DNA from: Camelus dromedarius
Taxonomy: Eukaryota
Direction: 5' to 3'
Length of the DNA stretch: 64,000 bases
Assembly: GCF_036321535.1 (NCBI RefSeq)
Contig: NC_087436.1
Coordinates: 96,846,001 to 96,910,000, forward strand
The translations under genes and the position numbers were made by a program. The notes beneath the pieces were generated by a model. That model saw nothing but the letters and a program-made list of their open reading frames with translations, did not search any database and was not told the DNA's origin. This document shows, piece by piece, positions 40,080 to 53,580 of the stretch. The number at the start of each line of letters is the position of its first letter. Position 1 is the stretch's first letter.

Positions 40080-40217
40080 GGCACTGGTCCACCACAGGGC
40101 TCTGCCCAGTTATCATGGATCCACCAGCCACAACAAGCCCCAGGGGACACCCCAACATTCCACATGGAACCCAACCAGCAACTGACATCCTGGATCGATC
40201 AGTTGTCTGGTCAGTGT

Positions 40218-40250
40218 CTGTGGGGAGGATGGGGGGTAGTCAGAGAAAGG
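40218..40250 (-). promoter_or_regulatory. Candidate splice acceptor upstream of the cTAGE-like CDS
   Basis: Minus strand 'ccctttctCTGACtaccccccatcctccccaCAG|acactg': branch point, pyrimidine tract and CAG, ~140 nt before the ATG. Confidence 0.6.
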
Positions 40251-40669
40251 GTTGTAACTAAAATGTCATTTTCTCCATTATTGTCTAATGGTAATTTTTC
40301 TTACCTCTTTCTTTTTGTATTTACATCTGTATACAACAAAAATAGTGAAATGTGTCAATTTAAAGTTTATGATTTCACAAATCTTTCAAATTCCTAACCC
40401 TCGACAGTATCAGAAAAGTCAGTGTATGAACCATATGTTTGAATCACATCGATTAACACAGAATATGTACCCTCTGTCACATTTCAGTTGAAATACACAC
40501 ACTCTCATGACATACATCCATCAGTTTGATGGTGGCCGAACTTGATAAAAATGAAAAAAACCACAATCTTTTGATGTCTGTCTCTTTTGCTCTAAGTAAT
40601 GTTTTCTAAATCTCTAAACGTTCTTAGAAACAATGAACAGTACATATATGTAAATGAAAAGATACATGT

Positions 40670-41008
40670 GCAGTAAAAAAAAATCTATCAAGCCATGAAA
40701 GACATAGAAGAAACTTAAAAGACATACTATTAAGTGAAAGAAGCCAGTCTGAAAAGGCTACAAACTTAACTTTACGATTCCAACCAAATGGCATTCTGGA
40801 AAGCACAGCTACAAAAACAAAAAAAAGATCATGGTTTCCAGGGGTTTTGTGAGAGGGAGAGAGGGAGAAATGAATAGACTGAGCACAGGGGATTTTTAGG
40901 ACAATGAAATTATTCTTTATGATACTATAGTGGCTACATGTCATTATGCATTTGTCAAAACCCATAGGATGTACAACATCAAGAGTAAACCCTAATGTAA
41001 ACTATGGG
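40670..41008 (+). mobile_element. L1MC-type 3' UTR fragment followed by A21
   Basis: 'tatcaagccatgaaagacatagaagaaacttaaa...aagtgaaagaagccagtctgaaaaggctac...aaaccctaatgtaaactatgg'. Confidence 0.75.
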
Positions 41009-42399
41009 AAAAAAAAAAAAAAAAAAAAAGAACTAATTCCTGAGTCAAACTAATGCTAAAGGGTTTGGAAGAAAAGTAGAAATCATCAATGAAGTCACAG
41101 AAAGAAAGGCCAGTAAGTTCATTAAAAAACAGAAACCCACAAAAACAATTATAAAAATGGTAGAATGTATTGAACTGGAATCATAGAAACATTTCACAAA
41201 GAAAGAGAGACTGACTGTGTCAAATGAAGCCATTAAAGAAAACTGTGGATTGAAAAATCTTTTTTTCCTGTGATAAAATTGTTCTAAAATGGGATTGTGA
41301 GGGAGACACAACTCTGCACATTTACACACACAAAAACCAGAGTTTTATATTTAAGTGAGTGAGTTTATGGCATGTAAACTATACCTCAAGAAATCTCTTT
41401 CAAAATGAAGGAGTATTTAGCACATATCTACCCAACAGAGCTGCTCCCAGGTACTCATCTCACAGGGTAAATGAAAAAAGATGCATGCATATATATATAT
41501 AAATATATTTATTCATAATAACCCATACTTGAACTAACCCAAATGTCCATTATTAAGAGAATGGATTAATATTTTGTGATATAATCTTACAAGGTCAAAT
41601 TATTCAGCCCTACAAACAGAATGAATGGCATATTCAAATAAAAACATGTAGCTCTAGTACCTAATTTATTTTTTAAAAAAATGTGAATTGTCACATAAAA
41701 GAAGGTACAATTTGAGATGGATATTCTTGCCTCAGCATAATCACCAATGCTTTGGGTCCAGATATAGCTATTTGACATTTGAAGAAGGAGAATCCTGATA
41801 CTCTTTTATGACTCAAAAAAACAAACAAACAAACAAACAAACCCACTTTGGCTTGGCATAAAGCTCAAAGACCAACTAGAAGTGAAAGAGAGTAGTAAAA
41901 ACAAGGGATTACTAGATCACAGATACAATGCAGGCAATATCTCTGCAGCTTACTAAGTTTTAAAAAGTCATAAATCCACAAATTATGGTTTTAAGATCTA
42001 TAAAAGTAGATGGCCATATGCTGGTCCCAGGTGTCTAGTGGGAGGTGATTAGTTTTTCAGGAAAAATCTCTGGTGAAGTGATTCCAGAGAACACTGATAC
42101 CGAAAGCTACCACACACAGCTGACCTTGACACTGGAAGCAGCCAAGACCAGTCAATGCAGATACCCTGGGGTCAAGAGTGGTGGATGTCAATCTGGAAGG
42201 GAACATAAACAATCATATATCCACTACAGGCCATACAACAACCAAGAAAACTAACAGATTTGAAGTAAAAGAGTGTAAGGAAGTTGCAGGAGTTTTACTG
42301 AAACTGAAGGACACCTTAGGCAAAGACTGACTGTTAAACAGATAAGGGAGTAAAGCCGTGAACGAGAGCTGACCAACTGATAAGCACTGACCATGGGAG

Positions 42400-42902
42400 G
42401 CCTAAAAGGTTGACTGCAAAAAATGATCTTGGTTCTCCACATCTGCCAGTACTCTCAACCTTTGTAAAGTAATGCTGCAACCCCCTCTCTCATAAAAAGG
42501 AGTCTATTAATCTACCCCTTACATCTGGGCTTGCCTTGTGGCTTGCTTTGATCAATAGATTGTGGCAGAAGTGGCAGTGTGCCAGTTTCAAGTGTAGATC
42601 TCAAAATACCTTTTGTACTTTCACTCTGTCTCTCGAAATTCTATCACTGTCATGAGAACAAGCCCATGTTAAACTGCTGGAAGATGAGAAACCACTTAAA
42701 GCAGTGACAAGCCACTTACTCAAGTCATCCTGGCCCAGCCAGTCCCCAGTCAACTCACAAGCTATAGTCACTTCTGACTCGGATCAACAGAACTGCTTAA
42801 CCACCTCTTCAGCTCATAAGAAATAATAAATGGTGTTTGTTTGTTTGTTTTTGAGCTGCTGTATTGGGGTTGTCAGTTACCCAGCAGTAGCTAATGATAC
42901 AG
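42400..42902 (+). mobile_element. MLT1-type MaLR LTR
   Basis: 'ctgggcttgccttgtggcttgctttgatcaatagattgtggcagaagtg'; ends 'gttacccagcagtagctaatgataca'. Confidence 0.7.
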
Positions 42903-43439
42903 GTGATTTGAACATTCAGGATAGTAAAGAAGGGAGGAAGGAAGGAGGGTGTAGGACACCCGAGGTGATTCATATTTATTTAGTAAGTACATCTTAAAGG
43001 GTTTGGTTTTCCCACTCCCCAGCGGTTAAATGCTGGTAGTAAAATAGGAGTTAAATTAGTCATCTCATCATTGAGGTCACAGTAATTTACAAACTAGTGT
43101 CATCATGCTCTTTGGAGCTGGCAGTTACAACTTCAGCCTTCAGATTACTAAGCGTTTTTACAACTGCTATTTCATGTTTCCCTCACAATAAATCTGTGAG
43201 CTAGGTGCTTTCACCAACTAAGGAATAGGTTTGGGAAATTTAACATACTTTGTTAGAATAAAGCAGACTGCAGTGGCATAGTTTGATCAACATTCCTATT
43301 TCATGAATGCAGATTCTGGTGGTACAAAGGGTAATGGAGAAACTAGGACATGATGGAACTCAAACTCTTACAACCTGAAAGTTTCTGAAGGGTAGTAGCA
43401 GTATCTCACTCATCGATGTCATGTTTACCCAAGCTGCAC

Positions 43440-43615
43440 TCTTTACTTGTATTGTTAAGGTTGGGGATATTATTTAAACCTTTGTGCTTTAGTTCCCTCA
43501 ACTATAAAATGTAGGTTTCACTGTAAATGACATATTGTGAGAATTAAATAACATAATACATGTAGAACAATTTGATCAATGTCTGGCACATAATCAGCAC
43601 TAAGTGAACATTACT
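43440..43615 (+). mobile_element. MIR fragment
   Basis: 'ttatttaaacctttgtgctttagttccctcaactataaaatg...tgtgagaattaaata...tgtctggcacataa'. Confidence 0.65.
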
Positions 43616-44814
43616 GTAATAGTAATTCTATAAAATAATCAATGGCTGGCTGAGATTGTGTGATAATTAAACATTAGCTGAAACCAATAAACATCAAACT
43701 AAATTATTTCCCCTTTCATCTTCTTAACTTGACCTTTTCCTGCTGTTTTAGACTTAAGAGGATGTTTCTTCCAACATGGCTACTAAATTTTTAAAATGTT
43801 TTGGCCAAAAACAAGCCAACTCATTCTCATAATACTTTTAATCTTTGATTTGGTAATTAAGATTATATGGAGACTCCACCATTGAGAAGTGAATGAAAAC
43901 AGGGATTGTCTTTCCTAATTCAGAGTACATAAATAAATGTAATAAATGGTGGCTTGCCTACTGACATAATTGCTGCTTTTCATTCTGGAATAGAAGATTA
44001 GAAACCAAGTACAAGAGATAATCTGAGTCAGAAGGGAGTTGTAAATATAGATTGTGTCATCAAGATGCCAAAACAAGCCAGGCAATTCAGTAAAAGTTTC
44101 AGTCATCTGGACATCATTCCAGCTTATTGTCAAATATCCAGATTGAGGTTTTCACTGACAGGGCTGTCTTTTAACTGAATTTGCAAGGTTTTTGGCATTG
44201 CAGCTACATCGTCATGATCACCAACCTACTATATGTAGACTCTGGCAAATTTAGAATCACACTCCTCAGAAAAAGTGAAATTAATTATTGCTGTATCTTA
44301 AATTAGAAATTAAAAAATAATCTACTGTGATTCATCAATAGCAATTAAAGAAACCATTCTCTCGGTGATAAAGAAATCTCTTTCCATTAGAAAAAATATG
44401 ATTTTACTTGTTTACATTCAGAGAGTATAAAATGGACTCAGACTCTTCAGATATTTTGCCATAATTCCTGTTTAATTTATATCAAACTTTCAAATAATAT
44501 TTTATTTTCAGACAGAGCACAAGACAAACAGTACTGACAAAATCACTACAGAAATATAAAGAAATAGATCCCTGCTAACACTCTTTGGGAGGCATTTACC
44601 CAATCCCTAAGGCTTCTACTCTATCATAGGTAACTACGACTATATTAATGTTTTGAAAACAACCTTTTATTATAAGTAAGCAAACGAGGGAAAGCAGGAC
44701 ATTCCTACCAAGCAGCCAGGCCCTTCTCCGATTGTGCATATATTTAGGAACACCATGGGTGTTCTTCAGCACACATGGGTGCTTTGCCTTCTCCCTCTTC
44801 TGCAGTGAGGCATA

Positions 44815-45027
44815 CTTCAATACAGTAGGGCTTCTACCTTTGGCGCTATTGCTATAGTTGTGGGGGGATGTCTTACACATTTCAAGAGGCTTAGCAGCAT
44901 CCCCCACCTCTACCCACTAGATGCTAGTAGCAATGCATCCTCAATCCAGTTGTGCCAATCAAAAATGTCTCCAGATATTGCCAGATGTCCCCTAGTGGGC
45001 AAAAATCTCACCATTTGAGAACCACTG
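44815..45027. mobile_element. MER20-like DNA transposon
   Basis: 'ttagcagcatcccccacctctacccactagatgctagtagca...caaaaatgtctccagatattgccagatgtccccta...ttgagaaccactg'. Confidence 0.8.
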
Positions 45028-45753
45028 TAATATAGTCATTAAGATAAACCACCACCCTAATCTTTAACACACCCATTCCCCCAGTACACCAACTTTAATG
45101 ATATATACAAAGTTCTGAATCTGCTGCAATTATCTCAACTCATCACATCGATGAGAATGAATTCTGTAAGAGGCAATACTGAGAGGTAGATGTTATCATG
45201 TTCCTTCCGCTCTTGCATTTATGTATTTCATGTTGTTTGTATTACCATCAAAAAAGACCCTTCTTTGGTATTCTAATCTGTCTACTTGTTAATTTGTATC
45301 AAAATATCAGGGTATAAAAAGGGAAAAGGGAAAAAGTTGAAGGGTTTACAAACCTAAACTTAGCACACAAAACCCAATTCTCTGTAACCTGAACATATTA
45401 GGTGATGTCTTTTTGGTGCACACGTAAGTACACACGTACACACATACACACACACACTCTGAAATCATTATTATCAAAGTCAGGAAATCAAAACTCCTGT
45501 AACTGCCAGAAATGTTTTAAAATGAGAGAATTAGTAGTATCGTTTGTACATAAGAAAAATTATGTGATTTCTTTCCTGGAAAAACATTCCTCTATATATG
45601 GATATTTACCAAAAGTTGAAGACAAGAGAATACAATACTGGGAAAAATGTACACTGGCAACTAAAAAGACTAATCTTAGGACTTCCAATTGGAAGATGTC
45701 TGCTCAAACTCCACCAAAGTACATCCCCAGAAATCTTCCCCCTAACTGAGATT

Positions 45754-46193
45754 TGTTACTGGAGAATATAGGCTCTTTGCCACAGGAAAGAATTCAAGAG
45801 CAAGGCATAGTAAAGTGAAAGCAAGTTTATTCAGAGAGATACACACTCTATAGACAGAGTGTGGGCCATGCCAAAAGGCAAGAGGGAGAGAAGCCATGAG
45901 GTGTAGGGTTATTAGTTTTTACATACTGGGTAATTTCATATGCTAATGAGTGGGGAGATTATTCCAACTATGTTGGGAAAGGGGTGGGGATTTCCAGGAA
46001 TTGAGTCCCACCCACCTTTTGGCATTTTAAGGTCAGCCTGGGAACTGTCATGACTTTTGTGGATGTGCCATGAGACTCAAGATCTACTAGAAGTTGAATC
46101 TTCCACCATCTTGGTTCTCACCAGTTTGTCCTATCCTCAATTGTTGTTTCTTTCCTTCAGTGGTTGTGCCCTGCCCCCTTCCCACTTGTCTCA
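45754..46193 (-). mobile_element. ERV1-like solo LTR
   Basis: TG...CA termini with imperfect 4-bp TSD gatt/gatc; antisense AATAAA in 'gcaagtttattc'; octamer-like 'atatgctaatga'. Confidence 0.7.
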
Positions 46194-47689
46194 GATCCAG
46201 ACTTTGGATGTAGAGCAAGAGGAAAGTTACTGTTTCCCACTTCCGAGGGCCATTTAGTTTCCCACTGCAGAATGATTGGCAATGGGAATATGCATTTCCT
46301 TCCCTGGAAACAGAAAAGTAGCTAAGAGAGGAAAATCAAAACATATGACAAAAGAATTCTTAAATACTGAGAGATTCATTCAAAAAGAGCATCATGAATA
46401 AGACCCCAGCATCCTGGTAGAGATTCTGTTCCCAGCCCTTCCTGTAATATAAAGCATGAAACATCAGTCCTACGAATGCTCCCAGAAATATTCTGTTCAC
46501 AGAATCTTTTTGAGAAAATAATTGGATTAAAACAACAGCTACATTGCCAAAAAAAATCAGAGAGTTAAGCCCAAATACATATTTAGGAAAATACGTATTC
46601 TTAAAAATTTTAAATGTATCATTTAAATATCTGAAGCAAACCCTCAGTATTTTCAGTTTCAACCATCTGCTTTCAGGTTAGTCTTGACATTATTCTAAGG
46701 ACAATGGGACATTGTTTCTTTAATATTTTTGTAAGTAAAAGATAGTTTAATTACTTTCCCAAAGTAAAGATGATTTTCTCAAAATACACGCTCGCACTAC
46801 TACTCCTATAAACTGAAATCTGTGAGAAATTTAAATGCCCTTCCTCCAGATTCAAATAATTATTTCCACTAGAAAACCCCTTTTGAAAGAGCAGCAAATG
46901 ACCCCTACACAAAAGAATGCAGCGTAATGCCTTTCTGCTGCAGAATCCCGGAAGCTTTGCTTTGTGGCATTGGATGGCTTAACAATAGAATTCAACTGCA
47001 GCGGAAACACCGAACAGATTTTACAGACCCAAAAAGGTGCTTTCAGGTAAGAGCTACAATTATACATGAACACAAGCAGCAACTGAGACAGCAGGAGAGA
47101 AAAGCTGCCAAAAGTAGAGAAAATATGTAGGAAAGAATAATGATATCTGAGATAAAGTTGTAGGGAAGCCAACCTAATTAAGAGCATTTAAAAATGTACA
47201 CCAAGTTTTGAAATGTAAAGATGAGGGTAGAGATGGTTTGAACTAGGCTTCAAACTCACCTTTCTCTTAGTTTTAAGTATGAAACGAGCCCTGATCCAAC
47301 TTTGTTAAATTTTTGTAGTATGCCAAATGTTATATTTTTAAATAATGACTTCAATCAACTTAAAGATTAATTTTGATTTTCCTAAGGTAAAGGATGTTTG
47401 GTCCAAAGATGAATTGGTGCCACTTCTGTAAATAAAAATCTGTGAGAAAACTTTAAATGCCCTTTCTTTACCTATAAACGACCAGGGGCAATCATAAGAC
47501 TGTCCCCGGCTGACCAGAATAGAACGTGAAAGAGTCCAACAGCTGAGGTTTGAAATCTATTGTCTAATTTGCCCATAGGCAATGTCTCTCATTTGGCTGC
47601 TATCAACCAATGAGGTGGAAGGTGAGGGATGGACAGGTATATTAAGGCAAACCAGGGTTTCTCTAATGACTCAAGGACTTCGTTGTATA

Positions 47690-47866
47690 GCAGTTAAGTA
47701 TACTTCCCTCAACCTTTTCTCCCTCTCTGCAATGTCAAACTGGCATCTTAGTCACATGGGTCTCCCAGCTTTTCACAGATACCTCCCTATTTTCTTTTAC
47801 AAAAGCATCTCTCCTGATATGATCCTTGTGTGTGAATCCAATCTTGATGTCTGACCTAAACTAACA
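47690..47866 (+). mobile_element. LTR16-like LTR 3' fragment
   Basis: Ends 'tgaatccaatcttgatgtctgacctaaactaaca'. Confidence 0.45.
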
Positions 47867-50800
47867 TGGAGCACATATTCTTAAATCAACAAGTTCTTAG
47901 CTTCCTGGTTAGATGATTCTGAAATTCTAGGGAAAAGCCAAGCATTGATGTGCTCTGAAAATCCTGTTTTTCATTGGTTCCTAAAAAATCCTCTTAAGGG
48001 CAACCCCCCCTCCGCCAATGAGATGGAAGAGACCAAATGTTCAAAATATATTACGTGAAATGGGATTTTAAAGGGGTGTAAAATTAGTGAAATTATGGTC
48101 TTTTAAGTATATGAAACAGTATACATGAAATGAGGATAATGTATCATACTAGGTGTATTTATTCTGTTTGCTATTATTTTTGCTATATTCCAAGTTTGCT
48201 TAATTGAACATTAGTTTAACTGAAAATTAATTTAAGATTGTATTGGGAAGAAAGATAAAACTATATATGAAATATATTAACCAAGTTGAGGGTAGGATGA
48301 AGTGAGATAAAAACCAAATAATTGGGAAGTTAGCCATCTCCCTCTGACTAGGCGCCCCACCTTTGCTCCAACTGATAATTCATATGCCCTGAGTTATGGC
48401 AATGACTCTCCTGCAGTCCCAGGAAAACCTACCCTGAAGCCTTCTACTTCAGAGTCATTTCATCCCTCTTGGTGGTTCTCTCTCTGATGAGTTCTCCAGA
48501 TAGCACTCTCAGCCATATTGTGTTCTTTTGTGGGGGCTCTGGGTACCCTTCATTCTATGCAGGCCCTGAGGAGGTTGGGAACTTACACCTCTATGGACAC
48601 CTCCATCAGCCATTTCTAATCTACTTCCCTGTGTCTGTTTAGATACGTCACCGTGCTAACCATATGGTTTCTGATAGGGATTTGCATTTTCCAGGGAAAT
48701 AGCCTAGATCAATCGATCGATCAATAGATAAATGAATGAGGAGCTAGCCTCTTACCCTGAGGTTTTGCTTCTGAAAAAACATCTAAGTCTTTCTTTGATC
48801 CCTTGGTTTGCAATACACCCTCAGGAGTTCCAACCTCCTACTTAAAGAGAAACAGTTAACTAGTGCCTTTTTAAAAACTACACTATTCATCTCTCAATAG
48901 GTGTCTATAATCTGAAGAGGAAAGGCTTTTAACTTCCTCTCTGTGGTGGTTCAGTGTTTCTCCATGTGGTCCATTCCTTTGCTCTATGTTCTACAATGAT
49001 GCTACCCTCTTTATCAAGCAATAAGCCTCATGGCCTCACTTTTATTGCAAAAGAGCTGCTGGAGAAGGAAAAGAATAAAACTAGATTGCTGAAATAAAAG
49101 ATCTACTGGGAGTTGTTCCAATACCATTTGCTTGAATTCAAGTGTCTTTTACCATTTTAACTTCTTTAGCAAGATAATACCCTCCATATACTTATTTTAA
49201 AAATTAACTATTAAATAACGTAAAAAAACAATTACTGTTATCCTCATTTTATAGATATTAAAAGGCCATAGACAGGTGACATTATTTATCCTAAATTTCT
49301 TAACTAGGAAGTTAGTGTGTTTAACATTCTAACCCAGTCTCATCTGCTTTTGGGGCCCTTGGTTCTCTGACTTCCTGCATTCTAATGCCCCATGCCCTAT
49401 CATGCCTTATAATTCCTCTCTTTCTCCTATACGTAATCTAATATTCTGATTGAGGAAAGAGGGAGAGGAAGGAGGGAGAACAATTCTAACGCCAAGACTC
49501 CCTTAATCAACTCCTTTCTTCAGCCAAGTCTCCCAGAGTTGTACATGCAAATAATCCCAAGGCATTCTCTCAAGACTCTGACGTGACTTTTTCCCAATGA
49601 CATTTATATTTATTCATTCTCATAACAGTGTAAGTTCCTCAGCTCTTAAGCAGACCTGTATCTATTTTTCCCATGAAGGCCTTGTGTAGTTAGTCGTTCA
49701 TGTCTTTGGCTTATACAAGGATTTGATTAAATACTCCCTATTGGAAACAGAACTTACTGAGCACAGGTCAATGCAGAAACTTTGAAAGTCCTCACTCCTC
49801 CTTTCTTCCTTCTTCTCCAATGGACAGAAGCAGAAGACAACCAATAGGGGAAAAAAAGAAGATGGAAAACATAAGAACAAAAAATGAAAATGGCAATATT
49901 AAGACATTAACATAGTTAATTTCAGAGCATTTTACTCAACATTCTGCTTAAAGAAAGGCTGATATTTAAAGCTAATTTCACATGTGTACTTATAGATATA
50001 ATCTGTGGCCTAATGGTAGGTCAATTTTGTAAATTTTTATATATTCTGGTCAGGGTACAATTAATACATTATTCTCCAAGAAAAGTCTTTTGTCTCAAAG
50101 TTTAAGTAATATTTCTAACCAAGTCTGTTGCATATTTTATTCTAATCAGTGCACAGACCACATTCTCAAATTCTCTTCTAAAGGCAATGTATGCTTATTA
50201 ACCAGAGACCAGGGTTAGTTGGGAGAGAAAAGATCTGGATTAGGTGGTAGAAAGGAGACATAATGTCAGGATTTTTGCATTTCTGTATGATGAAAGCCTA
50301 AACAGACATTTAACCAAATATATTATTTAAACTTCTACATTACTCATTCAGCAAAGTAGGAAGTAGGCAGTTTGATGATTTCACCTAAAATGACATTTTA
50401 AAAAATTTTGCTTTAGTGAAGATGGGGGGAAAAATCTTGCTTTCATTTTGTGCAATTTGAATTACCCCAAATCAATAGTTTGAACCTCTTAACTCATAAC
50501 ATCGTAAGAAATGGCACTTAGCTGATTACTTCCCAGAATAGCACAAGTAGACCCACTTTGTCCAGAGCACTCAATGGTACCTCTGTTGCTTCAGCCAAGA
50601 CATAGTTTGATTGCCACAAAGAGAGAAAGCTCTGACTTTAGAGAACTTCACATCTGAATACTAATGCTTTTTTCCTTTCTGGAGCCCATTTACTTTACCA
50701 CTTTGAAACCCATTTCTTTACTGCAAAACCAGAAATTATCAAATTTTGCTTGGCTTTGAGTCTTTGGTTGATGCTTCTGTCTTTATACTGATTTTGTTAA

Positions 50801-51797
50801 CCTTCCCTTCACTTGGTCATATTCTGATGTTGCTGTCTAGAGTTCCTTGTTATCATTTGGTTTATATTTGTTGACTTGTGTCAATAGAGGGTGCAATTTA
50901 ATATTATCTGTTTTTAAGCTCTCAGTGTTTGATTCCCATGCATATTCTATATAATCATTTCTTAGGCTCCACCAAGGATATAAAGGAAAATGTTGGATCC
51001 CTGTCTTCAGAAGACAGTTTAATAACAGAGTCAAGATAAAAATGTCTGCATTTGTATCTGTGCCCTATTCAGACACATAGTGGCTGGGGTGGGGGAGACA
51101 TAAATCTGTTTTAAGCCAGATCAGATAGCCTACATAATTTCCTGGGAAGCCAAGGTTGGGGGCTGTGGAACTGAGAACAGTGCCCCAAATCACACTGGCA
51201 CTGCTCAAGGGGAGATACTACTGCCGCCACTGGGACCAAACACTGACTTGGGATGAGAGCCCTGTGAATTGTAGCTCTGGATCGTCTTAAAGGTCTTCAA
51301 CTGCTCCTCTAGATGGGGCTGCCACTACCCACATTGAAATGGTTCCCACAGAGGCTCCATTTTTATTTTATTATTTTCTGACTCAAAATTCACCATGGAT
51401 CCATCTGATTGGCAAAGCCTAGACCACTTGTCTACACCTTAGCTGAAATAGGGCCCAGAAATACCAGTATCTGATTTCTGCAGTAGGAATTCACAAAGAG
51501 AGGAATTTCCCTAAATGATGAAAGAGTGTTCAAAAATCTTGAGTGGCCGAGAGGAGTAGCTGATACTCACTAGATAACACTAAAACAAATTGAATACAAT
51601 CACCCATTACATTATAGTAGAAAATGAAATGTTAAATTATATGGTTTAGATTATGTTCTACAGGGTTTCCATCAGCTGGAGCAGCAAGACTCTTAAAAAT
51701 AATAGTATTAGTTGAGGACTTACTATGGTACAATTTGTGTGTGTGTGTGCATGTATTATCTCATTTAATCTTTATAAGCCTAAGAGATGATAGCCCT

Positions 51798-52062
51798 TGT
51801 GGTAAGCTAAATAATAGCTTCCCAAAGGTGTCCACATTTTAATTACCAAAACCTGTGAATATGTTAACTCACATGTCAAAAAGGAACATTGTTGATGTGA
51901 TTAAACTAAGGATCTTAAAATGGGAAGATTATCCTGAATTATCCAGATTGGCCCAAATGCAGTCATAAGGGTCCTTATAAGAAAGAAGGTCAAAGTTAAA
52001 AAAAAAAAAGTGACAATAGAAGCAGAGGGTGGAATGATGAGATCTGAAGGAGGACAGAGGGC
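51798..52062 (+). mobile_element. MLT1C/D-like MaLR LTR, 5' part
   Basis: 'tgtggtaagctaaataat...aacctgtgaatatgtta...taaggatcttaaaatgggaagattatcctgaattatccag'. Confidence 0.75.
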
Positions 52063-52484
52063 CTGTTCCTGGAATAGAGCTATCACCAGAGATATTGGCA
52101 AAGAATATGGACTAGATCTGGTGGGGGAAACTTCAGGCAGGGCCTAAAGATCAGAATCCACTCTGTGTCCCATTTTTCTGCGTGGCCTGGTAAACATTTG
52201 TATACCAAACATTTGCTTTTCCATCTCCATGTCAGTTGCCTTCCTCCCTTGTGAAGTTCTGAACCACTGCCCCTAATATCTTCTTGTGTCTTTATCTGAA
52301 GATGGTATTTAAGGTGAGGGTTTGGGGCCATTTTGATGAGTTACTCAGTTTTTCTTTGTCTCTCCCATGTATACATGTTTCTAAACTTGTGTGATTTCCT
52401 CTGGTCAATTTGTCTCATGTTAATTTAATTCTTAGACCATCCAGGAGAACCCAGAAGGGTAGAGGAAAAATTTTTCCTCTAACA
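52063..52484 (+). mobile_element. ERV1 (MER4-group-like) LTR fragment abutting or inserted in the MLT1
   Basis: U5-like end 'ctctggtcaatttgtctcatgttaatttaattcttagacc...gaacccagaagggtagaggaaaaatttttcctctaaca'. Confidence 0.6.
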
Positions 52485-53093
52485 TTTGTACGGGAAGCTG
52501 GAAGAAAAGAAACTGTGCCAAGAAAGCCCAGCTCCTCTTTTGAGGGAGCCTGCCTAGGAACCCCAGATACACTCTACTCCTCTCTGTCATGGGAAGCATG
52601 CAGCTGTCCCACTGATTCTAGAGCTCAGGAGTGGAAATCCTACCTTGCCCTGGCATGCAATTCAGAATCTCTTAGTAATAAATCTGATGACCACTTGCCA
52701 CTTGTTGACCTTCTTCATCTATATCTCAGTACTTCCAAACTCATAAGGGAGAAAGCAAGCTGTGCTATATTCATTAGACTCCTCAGAAACCAAAACTACT
52801 CTTGCTGGGGATCGTTTTCTCCACATTACCCATGTTTTGTCATGAAACTATACCTTCCCTCGTACAAAAATACAGGTATTACTAAGTTTATTTTCTAAAC
52901 ACATCTGTGAAGCACATACTATGAATATATCCATATATCAGATCATGAAATAGCCTTAAAGAACTTTAATAGCCTGCATCAGTCAATACAGTGAGTACAT
53001 TCTAGAGCCAGCTCAGGGACTTTGTTCCACGTGGCTCCAATGCATGCCTTAAAGCACTCACTTTTTTTCTGTATAAATTTTTTTAAAAGTCTT

Positions 53094-53580
53094 TGTAGGG
53101 GAGGAAAAGATTTTTTTCCATACTTCCTGGGTCCCTGGCTGAATCTGAAAATTAAACTGACAAAGACAGATTAACAGGAGAAAAGCATACAATTTTTATT
53201 GAATTTTTAAATGGGAGCCTTCACAAAAGAATGAAGACATAAGATGTGACCAGAGCAGGAAGCTTATATCTTTTAGATAAAGAATAAATTTGTGAAGAAT
53301 TGATGAGACAGAGAGGTTTGGACTAGGGGTAGTCCAGCTGGGGCCAGGTAGTTTTTATCTTCCTTATCTTTCTAGTTAAGATGCTAAGAGTTAGTTTGCA
53401 GATTCCTCCAGTGTCATCTCTGGGCTGATAAGTGTCTCCAGTAAAAGGAAGATGTATTTACTGCCTTTAGGCAGAAAAGGAGAAGGTTTTTCTCTGTTTA
53501 CTGCTTCTTAATTGTCTTCAACTCAAAATAATTATGTTAAAGAGGCATACTTTGGGGTGACATATTCTGGCTTCCCTTAT
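53094..53580 (-). mobile_element. ERV1 (MER4-group-like) solo LTR
   Basis: Begins 'tgtaggggaggaaaa', has 'gacagattaacaggagaaaagcatac' and ends 'catactttggggtgacatattctggcttcccttа'-type terminus. Confidence 0.65.

Larger units (their letters stand above)
38133..41654 (-). pseudogene. Retroposed insertion carrying the cTAGE5/MIA2-like gene copy (3' UTR, CDS, 5' UTR, retained intron-like sequence)
   Basis: Direct repeat tagtacctaattt(t/a)tttttt at 38120-38139 and 41655-41674; minus-strand AATAAA at 38166-38171; TT/AAAA endonuclease site at the outer edge of the right repeat. Confidence 0.7.

Noticed and set aside
52410..52898. Longest ORF in the track (162 aa)
   Set aside because: It starts at a non-ATG codon inside an LTR, crosses repeat boundaries and has no recognisable domain.
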